Shown here: positions 1-7,658 of the stretch, in pieces
Layout of the letters: each line of letters opens with the position of its first letter
Position numbering within the stretch: position 1 is the first letter of the stretch
NCBI GenBank assembly: GCA_016839815.1
Contig: JAEOTM010000116.1
Span: forward strand, 1 to 20,477
Length of the DNA stretch: 20,477 nt
Source: Candidatus Hodarchaeota archaeon
GTDB lineage: Archaea; Asgardarchaeota; Heimdallarchaeia; Hodarchaeales; Hodarchaeaceae
Reading direction: 5' to 3'
The notes under the pieces: generated by a model
Seen by the model: the letters and a program-made list of their open reading frames with translations, nothing else
What the model was told of the DNA's origin: nothing
Database searches by the model: none
Program-made: the position numbers and the translations under genes

Positions 1-2
1 AC

Positions 3-545
3 TATCATACTATGGATTATGATTCAGAATCTGATGTAATCGTTTCCTATGGGGGTAAAGATGGGTATCCTGATGGTGTTTTCACCGATGAAACCTGGAT
101 CTTTCACTCACCTATCGATTTCCCTACCGCTCCTAGTAATTTTGAAGCTGAATTATTACCTGATCATACGGTACAACTTAATTGGAATCCCCCGACAATT
201 ACACCTAATCCATCAATATCTAGTTACAAAATCTATCGCGGATCCGAATCTGGTGTTCTTAATGAATTAGATGAAACACAAGCGATGAGTTATTTAGATG
301 ATACAGTTGTAGCGGGAGAGACTTATTTCTATGCAATCGGTGCTACAAATTCGCTTGGAGTTGGGGATTTAACAACGGAATATTCGATTTACGTTCCAGC
401 AAAAACTTCATCTTCTAGCACAACTACAACGGCAACTACTACAACTACTACCACAACAACTGTTCCTCAAGCTAATCCCAGCTTTACTGTATTTCTAGTT
501 GGATTTTCAGGTATAATTTTAGTTTTCTTGAGAAAGAAAAAATAA
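3..545 (+). CDS. Cell-surface protein, 5'-truncated: last Kelch-like blade, fibronectin type III domain, Ser/Thr linker, C-terminal membrane anchor
   Basis: The frame is open from position 3 (YHTMDYDSESDVIVSYGG...FTDETW is a Kelch-like blade with GG and W), so ATG12 is probably internal. FN3 motifs: PTAPSNF, VQLNWNPP, SYKIYRG, YLDDTVVAGETYFYAIGATNSLGVG. The C-terminus is PSF, a hydrophobic helix, then RKKK. Confidence 0.85.
   Translation, partial: YHTMDYDSESDVIVSYGGKDGYPDGVFTDETWIFHSPIDFPTAPSNFEAELLPDHTVQLNWNPPTITPNPSISSYKIYRGSESGVLNELDETQAMSYLDDTVVAGETYFYAIGATNSLGVGDLTTEYSIYVPAKTSSSSTTTTATTTTTTTTTVPQANPSFTVFLVGFSGIILVFLRKKK
406..461 (+). repeat. Low-complexity ACN/TCN codon run encoding a Ser/Thr-rich linker (TSSSSTTTTATTTTTTTTT)
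   Basis: acaactacaacggcaactactacaactactaccacaacaact seen directly; typical stalk of archaeal surface glycoproteins. Confidence 0.85.
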
Positions 546-554
546 TACTGAAAA

Positions 555-568
555 TTCTTTTTTTTTCA
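555..568 (+). terminator. Oligo-T (T9) archaeal-type terminator of the surface protein gene
   Basis: ttc-T9-ca begins about 10 nt after the stop at 545. Confidence 0.6.
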
Positions 569-607
569 CCCTGGTTAAAAAACTAGACAAACAAAGTGGA
601 TTGATAA

Positions 608-620
608 TGAAAAAAAAGAA
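608..620 (-). terminator. Oligo-T (T8 on the minus strand) terminator for the convergent minus-strand transcript
   Basis: tgaaaaaaaagaa on + reads ttcttttttttca on -, downstream of the 737..1750 gene. Confidence 0.5.
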
Positions 621-736
621 GGCAGAGAGATTATTTTTTCCTAAATCTCGCAAGCACTCCCAAATACGTTAGGATCTCTTTTCCTTACAATAAATTCTTC
701 TTTTGTTAAACCATAAAATAAAAAAGTAAATATTGA

Positions 737-1750
737 TTAAATCCCTTGGATTGTAGATCTAATGTTTTCTATGTCCATCTGTTGAGCTGCTATATTTAAT
801 AATCTTCCTGCCTCTTTGGGTATTGACTCAAATGATTTAGCTGATTTTATGACCTTTAAGAGGCTATCGAATTTTTTGGTATAATCTAAATTGTTTATGA
901 GATAAGAATTCAGAAAATCTAAGCTCCAACAGATATCATAAATGGGGAATAAACCCAGATAGACACGCTTTGAATAATCAAAATCAATGTTTTTTGCTGG
1001 TTCGAAAAATCGTTTGTATTCTTGGTAAAAAAAGTTTTCATAATCAACCAGTAGCTTCATATCAAAGGGAAAGTATATGATTTCATCTATTGTGTCACCA
1101 ATGTATGCGGTTTCCCAGTCAATCAACCAAATTTTCCCTGTTTCATCCTGTATACAATTATCATTTAGATTACCATGAATTTGGCTCTTTAATCCATGTT
1201 GAAACCCATGATTTTTTGTTTGAATAAAATCCCAAATCCCATCTAGAGACTGTTTTAATCCTCTTTCAAGAGTTATATTAATTAAATAACTGTATTTCTG
1301 AAGGGAGAACTCAACAAGGGATTTTAAATGATTAAATGACTCTTCTAGTAAGGTAAATCCATCTGGTATAATTTGTAAATCCAAAGTATGCAGTTCAGAG
1401 AGATTCTTAGCAAGTTGTGACAAATTCTCTTTTTTCGTAAAATCAGGAGGTTTTCCAATAATGAAATCAAATACTACTGCCCCATTCTTAAAAATTTCAT
1501 CATCAACATAAAGAGCTGATGGTATAAAGGTTAAACCTTTAGTAATCAAATCATTTCTAATTCTAGCTTCATTTTTTACTTTATTGCTCCTTTTTGGATA
1601 CATACATATCTTTATACCATATACATGGTCGTTAGAAGCGACCTTGTAAAATTTTGAACCTATTCCTTTGTTAATATATTCAATTTCTTTCACTAAAATA
1701 TCTTTAGAATTGAAGAGTTCTGTAATTTTTGTATTATCAATATCGGACAT
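737..1750 (-). CDS. Aminoglycoside phosphotransferase / choline-ethanolamine kinase-fold protein with atypical catalytic loop (HGN)
   Basis: N-lobe GIGSKFYKV..YGIKI..NEARI; FDFIIG; LAKNLSELH; Brenner-like motif IHGNLNDNCI; LIDWETAYIGD. SD-like AGGT upstream. Confidence 0.8.
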   Translation of the reverse strand: MSDIDNTKITELFNSKDILVKEIEYINKGIGSKFYKVASNDHVYGIKICMYPKRSNKVKNEARIRNDLITKGLTFIPSALYVDDEIFKNGAVVFDFIIGKPPDFTKKENLSQLAKNLSELHTLDLQIIPDGFTLLEESFNHLKSLVEFSLQKYSYLINITLERGLKQSLDGIWDFIQTKNHGFQHGLKSQIHGNLNDNCIQDETGKIWLIDWETAYIGDTIDEIIYFPFDMKLLVDYENFFYQEYKRFFEPAKNIDFDYSKRVYLGLFPIYDICWSLDFLNSYLINNLDYTKKFDSLLKVIKSAKSFESIPKEAGRLLNIAAQQMDIENIRSTIQGI

Positions 1751-1877
1751 AGAAATACCTTTTTCCAGTTATAATGAGTCATAACGATTAATCAATTTTT
1801 GTGCTAATGCATAATTTCCCAGTTTGTAATTATCGATTATAACATAAGATCTTTTGATTCAAATTATTCTTCATTTA

Positions 1878-2570
1878 TTAAAGCTTGAACTTAAATGGAA
1901 CTAACATCGGAGTACGGGATTTATATACTAGGTAAGTCTCTCCAAAACGAATTTCTAATTCTTTTTCCTCATAAATTTTAAGAAAAAATATCCAAACAGG
2001 CAACACGAGAATTACTACCCATATAAGAAACCATGATGATTGGAAAAATAATCCCAGTGAAAATAGGAAAAGAACAATTGCTAAAACCATTGGATTGCGT
2101 GTTCTAGTATAAAACCAGTCATTTACCAGATATCTACTACTGATGATTAGTGCAAATGGGGCTCCTAATCCTCTGAGTGCTAAGTTTAGTATCGTAATGA
2201 ACACAAAAATTCCATTCAATAAAACAAGAAATAGACTAATTTCTGTTGGAAGTGTAATGATAAGCCCTCTCCAGTCTTTATAGGTCAAAATGGCTCGAAT
2301 AATGCTGGATCCCAAGCAAAGCATAATTGAAGTGTGAATAATCATATTGACCCAATAAGTATGTCCAGCTGATGGGTATTTATTCAAGGTTAATCGTCCC
2401 AGTGTTGAAATTGGAACAACTAGGAGAGCTCCCACGATGATTATAGCTAGGTCCAGTGAGAATTCAAAATGCTGATCAAAAAACCACTTCCAAACCAATA
2501 AGATAGTAGTGAATCCCATTATGCGAATTATGAGTGAATAAATGAATCTAGGTGATTTCACTTGTATCAC
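1878..2570 (-). CDS. ICMT/PEMT-family integral membrane SAM-dependent methyltransferase (start uncertain: GTG2570 or ATG2519)
   Basis: Multiple TM helices; GLGAP..YLVNDWFYTRTRNPM and EEKELEIRFGETYLVYKSRTPMLVP match the family signature RNPM...EE..L...FG..Y..Y...P. Confidence 0.85.
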   Translation of the reverse strand: MIQVKSPRFIYSLIIRIMGFTTILLVWKWFFDQHFEFSLDLAIIIVGALLVVPISTLGRLTLNKYPSAGHTYWVNMIIHTSIMLCLGSSIIRAILTYKDWRGLIITLPTEISLFLVLLNGIFVFITILNLALRGLGAPFALIISSRYLVNDWFYTRTRNPMVLAIVLFLFSLGLFFQSSWFLIWVVILVLPVWIFFLKIYEEKELEIRFGETYLVYKSRTPMLVPFKFKL

Positions 2571-2619
2571 TTGAGAAAGTATTTATTCTTCCTTTAGGTT
2601 TTTTTGGTCGAAACTTAGG

Positions 2620-3591
2620 ATGTTCTCCAGTTCAAATCCCTTACTTAATCTTGAAAACAACCCTCCATTCAAGATTTTTGATTCACATGTCCATATCTGG
2701 GGTCATAGATATTTAAACGAGTATCTTGGGTACATCAAAAGATTCGGAGTTGATCGAATCTTAGGAATAGGTGGTCAAGAATTAAAGAGTAAATTAGAGT
2801 CTAGAGGGCTTGCAGAGAACATTATCTTTTGTTATTATCTTTCTTCGTACGATTTTTTAAAATTCAAGGTTAATAATCTTCAAAAATCGATCGATGAGGC
2901 TCATGCAAAGGAAATTCGTGTGTTAAAAATCTTTGTTGGACCAATGTTTCAATTCTTTACCAGAAATAAGAATCCCTTCAGAATCAACCATACTAGACTA
3001 GAATCTGTTTATTCAAAAATAGAAGATTATGATATGACTATATTAATACATGTTGCAGATCCAGATATTTCGTATAAGAAGAAATACAAAAATAAAAAGA
3101 AATACGGGTCAAAAGAAGATCGTATTAATGATTTTTCTGATCTATTAGGCAATTTCCCCAAGATTACAATGATTTCCGCACATTTTGGTTGCCTACCAGA
3201 AAATCTAACAAGATTAGGTGAGTTATTAGATCGTCATCCCCAATTATTCATAGATACTGCCTCAACTCGGTGGATGATACGTGAGCTTGGGAAAAATGCT
3301 ACCAAATCTAAAGAATGGCTTGAAAATTATCAAGATCGTATACTATTTGGCTCTGATCTCGGTAATTTTGAATTCAATCTGAAATTCTTCATTAGTAAGC
3401 AACGTCGCAAATATTATTGGGGTAGTCGTTACTGGTCCCAACGTTTATTCTGGGAAACAGCTCACCAAGCGCCTCTGCCATTTAAAGATAAGGATAATTC
3501 GGAATGGACACAAATTAAAGGATTGAATTTAACTCGCTCAACTTTAGAGAAAATTTATTATAAGAATGCCCAAGGTCTATTGGAGGATTGA
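2620..3591 (+). CDS. Amidohydrolase-superfamily metal-dependent hydrolase (Amidohydro_2-like)
   Basis: FDSHVH (HxH), IHVADP, SAHFG, FIDTAS, RILFGSD and C-terminal KIYYKNA..LL. Confidence 0.85.
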   Translation: MFSSSNPLLNLENNPPFKIFDSHVHIWGHRYLNEYLGYIKRFGVDRILGIGGQELKSKLESRGLAENIIFCYYLSSYDFLKFKVNNLQKSIDEAHAKEIRVLKIFVGPMFQFFTRNKNPFRINHTRLESVYSKIEDYDMTILIHVADPDISYKKKYKNKKKYGSKEDRINDFSDLLGNFPKITMISAHFGCLPENLTRLGELLDRHPQLFIDTASTRWMIRELGKNATKSKEWLENYQDRILFGSDLGNFEFNLKFFISKQRRKYYWGSRYWSQRLFWETAHQAPLPFKDKDNSEWTQIKGLNLTRSTLEKIYYKNAQGLLED

Positions 3592-3624
3592 TTCTCCAAA
3601 AGGATGAATTTTGGTGGAAAACTC

Positions 3625-4281
3625 ATGGATCTAGATACACTTCTCCGAAAAATCTTCTTTATTGTGTTTTTCTATGTTATTTACTATAATCTGGTATTTA
3701 TTATCTTTAATCCTGATATCTTCCAGGATATTGTATACATTGTTTATCTCAGCATTTTATACCTAGCAGGAATTATTGATACATTCTTACGACCTTTAGA
3801 AAAAGAACAAAAGGAAGAAGGACATTACGTCAAGTTTATAGTGTTTTTATTTTTAGTAAATCCTTTTCTTTTTGTGCTAGCAATTGAAGAGAATAATATA
3901 TTATTTACTACTCGTATAGAGATTCTATCTTGGGTTGGTTTGGTTATTTACTTACTTGCAGCACTTGTTGTTGTAATGGCAAGGGTAAATTTAGGAAAAC
4001 AGGCTACTGGTATCCTTGTAGTTAGGGAAGATCATGAATTAATTACTTCAGGATTGTACAAATTTCTAAGACATCCCATGTATTCAGGTAGTTTACTCGG
4101 AATTATTGGATTTGCGTTTGTAAGTCAATCAATAGTTATCTCTTTGATATCATTCATTCTTTACTTTTGGATATTTAAAGAACGATTAAAATATGAGGAG
4201 AGTCTTCTTGAGGAAGCCTTTGGAGAGAAATACTTGAAGTATAAGGAGTCATCATATCGATTAATACCCTTCTTATACTAA
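3625..4281 (+). CDS. Isoprenylcysteine carboxyl methyltransferase (ICMT/Ste14) family membrane methyltransferase (alternative start 3604)
   Basis: VREDHELITSGLYKFLRHPMYSG and EESLLEEAFGEKYLKYKESSYRLIPFLY; about 5-6 TM helices. GGTGG SD-like site precedes ATG3625. Confidence 0.88.
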   Translation: MDLDTLLRKIFFIVFFYVIYYNLVFIIFNPDIFQDIVYIVYLSILYLAGIIDTFLRPLEKEQKEEGHYVKFIVFLFLVNPFLFVLAIEENNILFTTRIEILSWVGLVIYLLAALVVVMARVNLGKQATGILVVREDHELITSGLYKFLRHPMYSGSLLGIIGFAFVSQSIVISLISFILYFWIFKERLKYEESLLEEAFGEKYLKYKESSYRLIPFLY

Positions 4282-4319
4282 TCTGGGTGTACCTGCCCTC
4301 TAAAAGATAAGTCAAGTAT

Positions 4320-5879
4320 TTACTTTGATTTCAACCGTTCCTCAATTTCTCTTGATGTTCTAGTTATTGATAAGCCCCCCAGTGCGGTACACTTTAATTC
4401 GTGAGCAATACTTCGTCCAACTTGATCCATTGCTTCAATTACCTCATCGAGAGGAATAACCACATCATAATCAGCTAATGCCATATTTGCACAGGCTAAT
4501 GCATTACTGGCAGCCATAACATTTTTACCTAAACATGGTACTTCTACTCTATTTGCTACGGGATCACAAACCATCCCAAAACTATTTTGCAGAGCCATTG
4601 AGGCCGCGTCAATAACCTGTTTGATAGTTCCATTTTTCAGAGTTACTAGTCCTGCAGCTGCCATACCAGAGGCTGATCCGCATTCGGCTTGGCATCCTCC
4701 AATTTCGGCTGAAAAAGTTCCCTTTTGAGAAATAAAAACTCCTATCATACCTGCTGCAAACATTGCTTGAGTTAATTCAGTATTGGATAGATTCATTACA
4801 CTTGTTGCCCCTATTAATGCTCCTGGAATAGTACCACACGCACCAGCAGTTGGAGCTGCAACAATAACTCCCAATGAACTTTTAATTTCCATCATTGCTG
4901 TAATACATACAATTATTTGATTTAGAATACCACCATCAAGTAGATTTTTGCGTTCAAGTTGAGTTTTGAACTTTCCTGATTGAAAACCAAGGATACGATC
5001 TGCGAAATTTGTCCCTTTTATTCCAGTCTGTATCGATTCTCGCATAATGCTTATTATCTTCTTCATTTTGGTGAAAACTTCTTCAAACGAAATATTACCT
5101 CGCATGCTTTCATAGTGAACTGCTAATTTCCACAAATCCCATTGTTTGTCTTTATTATACTGCAACATATCTTCGCAAGTAGTAAATGGAACTTTCACAT
5201 CATTACTAGAAAGGATTGGTAAAACAGGATCAATCATTTTGATTATAGCTTTAGGAAATTTTTGTTTTAGAGTTGTTAGGGACTCTTTTTCCAAGAAATG
5301 TTTTCCTTTGATTTCAATAAACTTCTGTTTTGTTTCTATAGTGCCTATAGAATCGCTAAGAAATTCTTTACTCTGTAAAAATTCTAAAAGATTATTCCCT
5401 TCGGTATAGATCAGAGTTTCATAACAATCTCCAATCATTGAAACTTCCATATGATCTATTTCAATGATCTCTATCATTCCCCCACCAGTAGATATAGCTA
5501 CTATTTCGTGCAGTTCATTCTCGTTTTTAAGAGTCAATTTATAGGTATTGGGATGCTTTACCTCTATATTATTGATTTTTATTTGGATTTCAAGACCTGC
5601 TTCCTTTACAGCATCTTTATATTCTGGTAATCTCTCGTCATCGGCCTCCCATCCTAGAAATCCTGCAAACAGGCCCATATCAGATCCTTGACTCTCATGT
5701 GTTGTCGCTAGGGAGCCTTTTGGATCGAATTCTACTAATACCTCTCTTATATTACCATCCATCAAATCCCGTGCCATTCTTCCTATCCGAACAGAGGCTG
5801 CACTGTGAGAGCTAGATGGACCTCTCATTATCGGGCCCAAAACATCATTAAAAATACTTGGATATTTATTTCCACCCAT
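4320..5879 (-). CDS. sdaA: Fe-S-dependent L-serine dehydratase, fused beta (SdaAB-like) and alpha (SdaAA-like) subunits
   Basis: Beta part: GPIMRGPSSSHSAA, GSLATTH..QGSD, HPNT, STGGG. Alpha part: IVAAPTAGACG, GGCQAECG, GMVCDPVANRVEVPC (Fe-S Cys ligands), IPLDEVI..M..VG, CTALGGL. Confidence 0.93.
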   Translation of the reverse strand: MGGNKYPSIFNDVLGPIMRGPSSSHSAASVRIGRMARDLMDGNIREVLVEFDPKGSLATTHESQGSDMGLFAGFLGWEADDERLPEYKDAVKEAGLEIQIKINNIEVKHPNTYKLTLKNENELHEIVAISTGGGMIEIIEIDHMEVSMIGDCYETLIYTEGNNLLEFLQSKEFLSDSIGTIETKQKFIEIKGKHFLEKESLTTLKQKFPKAIIKMIDPVLPILSSNDVKVPFTTCEDMLQYNKDKQWDLWKLAVHYESMRGNISFEEVFTKMKKIISIMRESIQTGIKGTNFADRILGFQSGKFKTQLERKNLLDGGILNQIIVCITAMMEIKSSLGVIVAAPTAGACGTIPGALIGATSVMNLSNTELTQAMFAAGMIGVFISQKGTFSAEIGGCQAECGSASGMAAAGLVTLKNGTIKQVIDAASMALQNSFGMVCDPVANRVEVPCLGKNVMAASNALACANMALADYDVVIPLDEVIEAMDQVGRSIAHELKCTALGGLSITRTSREIEERLKSK

Positions 5880-5972
5880 GAAAAATACCTACCTATTTTT
5901 TAAAAGAAATCCTTCTCTCCTTGATATTAATTCTATCACTCATGATAATCTAAAGCTCATTTCAGGATTAAG

Positions 5973-6006
5973 TATAAAATAATCTTGACTTTAACAATGT
6001 TCGGTG
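5973..6006 (+). promoter_or_regulatory. Putative TATA box (TATAAAA) and GGTG SD for the small ORF starting at 6015
   Basis: tataaaa at 5973-5979; ggtg at 6003-6006, 8 nt before ATG6015. Confidence 0.45.
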
Positions 6007-6014
6007 TAAAATCA

Positions 6015-6269
6015 ATGGCTAAATCTCCAGAAAAGCTTTACGATAAATGGATTAATGCTCGATTTGATGGAAAAATGGTTGTGTCTGTTACTCAAAAGGA
6101 TCAATATAAGAATTTAGGTTTTTCAGTTATTAATGGACGTTCTTATTCTACGAAACTTGGTCCAGCCATGAGTATCCAATTAGGGCCGAATGATCTTCAA
6201 GAACTGATTGAGGTACTTCAGGAAGTTCAATCAACGTATATTCCTCCGCTCAAGAAGGAAATAGATTAA
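6015..6269 (+). CDS. Small (84 aa) hypothetical protein, possible PC4/PUR-like single-stranded nucleic-acid-binding fold
   Basis: ATG6015 has an SD; predicted beta-strands followed by SIQLGPNDLQELIEVLQEV (strand then amphipathic helix). The stop overlaps the convergent gene's stop (TTAA 6266-6269). Confidence 0.7.
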   Translation: MAKSPEKLYDKWINARFDGKMVVSVTQKDQYKNLGFSVINGRSYSTKLGPAMSIQLGPNDLQELIEVLQEVQSTYIPPLKKEID

Positions 6270-7537
6270 TTTTCCCAGTCCTTCCTTTTTTTCTTACTTA
6301 CGATCAAGATTGGAACAACAATTAGGAGAAATATCGCTTCAAATCCAGTAATATTGCCTGACGAGGCGGGTTGTCGTGTTATCGATACATAGTATTTCCC
6401 ATTTGTACCAAAATCATATTCTTCACTAATTTCTCCAGATTGGTAGTACCCTTTGTCTTTATGAAATTTAATTTTATAGATCAACCGTAAAGTTCCTCTA
6501 TTAGGATTATCATACCAACTACCAGAAGAAGAGTGGTAGGTAAACCTCTCATAATCAGTAATATCGATTTCAAAATCAAGGGTGATACTATTGTCTGTAA
6601 ACTCTTCTTTAAGTATTTTGCAATAATCGAGAAAGCTGGAATGACGAAAATTAAGTCTCTGTCTGGCAAAGAAAGTATAGGTTTCACTATAACTAGAGGG
6701 GTCATAAGTGGTAGCATAATTTGTATCGGGATCAGCATTTGGAACCCAAGATTGTCCATCCCATCTGGAAAATTCATTGGGATACCAAGAATATCCAAAC
6801 CATTCAGGGGTGAATTTGTATAACTCTTCAGAAATTACCTCTAAAGAATACGCCACATTTCGAAAGAACAATTGATAGCGTATATCATTCCAAGTTTGCT
6901 TAGTACGATTCCAAAAAATTATTGGCAGTTTTGAAGCATTGGATTGTGTATAAGCATGCCACTGTGTTTCAATCTGGGAAATATATGCCTTAGGTTGTTT
7001 AACAAAAAAAGGAATAGATAAGAATATGTCAAAGCTATCTAAATGACTTTCCTCATACTTATCGAAAAAACCGTATATGTCATGAGATGACTCATTCCAC
7101 CCCTGATAGTTCTCTCCACATGTTTCATTATCCCAAGTAGGCTGTTCAAACCAGGATAAATGAAAATAGGGATATCTTGAATCAATCGTCCTATTAAATT
7201 GATAATTGTATGTATATTCATATTTCCCTGACACCCTACGAAAAGTCCAAGACCCTGCGTAAGGTTGAGGATCATAAATACCATAAATGTCTGAATATAT
7301 GTGGTAGGTATAGTTTACAAAGGTTGAGTTAACTCCTGTAATGTAGTAATTTTCCACGTGAGTAGCTTCCTCATCAAATCTCATTCCTATGTCATTAGTA
7401 AACTGCCATTGATTTACCTGTCTGATATTTATCTTATCTCCAATCTGTAGAGGACTTGCTGATACTTTAAATAGGGGGATTATTTGTAAAATTAAAAGTA
7501 TGGTTAAGATCAAGTAAAACCTTTGTTTAAAATTCAT
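6266..7537 (-). CDS. Secreted/cell-surface protein with signal peptide and PGF-CTERM-like C-terminal anchor
   Basis: MNFKQRFYLILTILLILQIIPLFKVSA signal peptide; aromatic-rich body; ends ITGFEAIFLLIVVPILIVSKKKRKDWEN. Confidence 0.85.
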   Translation of the reverse strand: MNFKQRFYLILTILLILQIIPLFKVSASPLQIGDKINIRQVNQWQFTNDIGMRFDEEATHVENYYITGVNSTFVNYTYHIYSDIYGIYDPQPYAGSWTFRRVSGKYEYTYNYQFNRTIDSRYPYFHLSWFEQPTWDNETCGENYQGWNESSHDIYGFFDKYEESHLDSFDIFLSIPFFVKQPKAYISQIETQWHAYTQSNASKLPIIFWNRTKQTWNDIRYQLFFRNVAYSLEVISEELYKFTPEWFGYSWYPNEFSRWDGQSWVPNADPDTNYATTYDPSSYSETYTFFARQRLNFRHSSFLDYCKILKEEFTDNSITLDFEIDITDYERFTYHSSSGSWYDNPNRGTLRLIYKIKFHKDKGYYQSGEISEEYDFGTNGKYYVSITRQPASSGNITGFEAIFLLIVVPILIVSKKKRKDWEN

Positions 7538-7544
7538 TTTTCTC

Positions 7545-7550
7545 TCACCT
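7545..7550 (-). promoter_or_regulatory. Archaeal Shine-Dalgarno AGGTGA
   Basis: tcacct on + reads AGGTGA on -, 7 nt upstream of ATG7537. Confidence 0.65.
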
Positions 7551-7658
7551 ACTCTCTAAAAAATCTTGAAGCTCATATTCTATTTCAGAATCTGACTCGT
7601 TCTCCTCACATAGACATAATTACTTTTTTATGCTTTTTGCTCGAGTAATCCTCTTAGA

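Noticed and set aside
555-620. Near-perfect 13-14 nt inverted repeat (ttc-T9-ca / tg-A8-gaa) as a MITE or hairpin
   Set aside because: Low complexity with no target-site duplication; better explained as two oligo-T terminators of convergent genes.
737-1750. Aminoglycoside resistance gene
   Set aside because: The fold is shared by many small-molecule kinases, the catalytic Asp is absent and there is no mobile context.
3589-3604. The amidohydrolase TGA stop is in frame with the downstream ICMT ORF (possible selenocysteine or readthrough fusion)
   Set aside because: The amidohydrolase ends at its normal family C-terminus (IYYKNA..LL), the TGA is not at a Cys-like catalytic site, the ICMT gene has its own SD and start, and same-frame adjacency occurs one time in three by chance.
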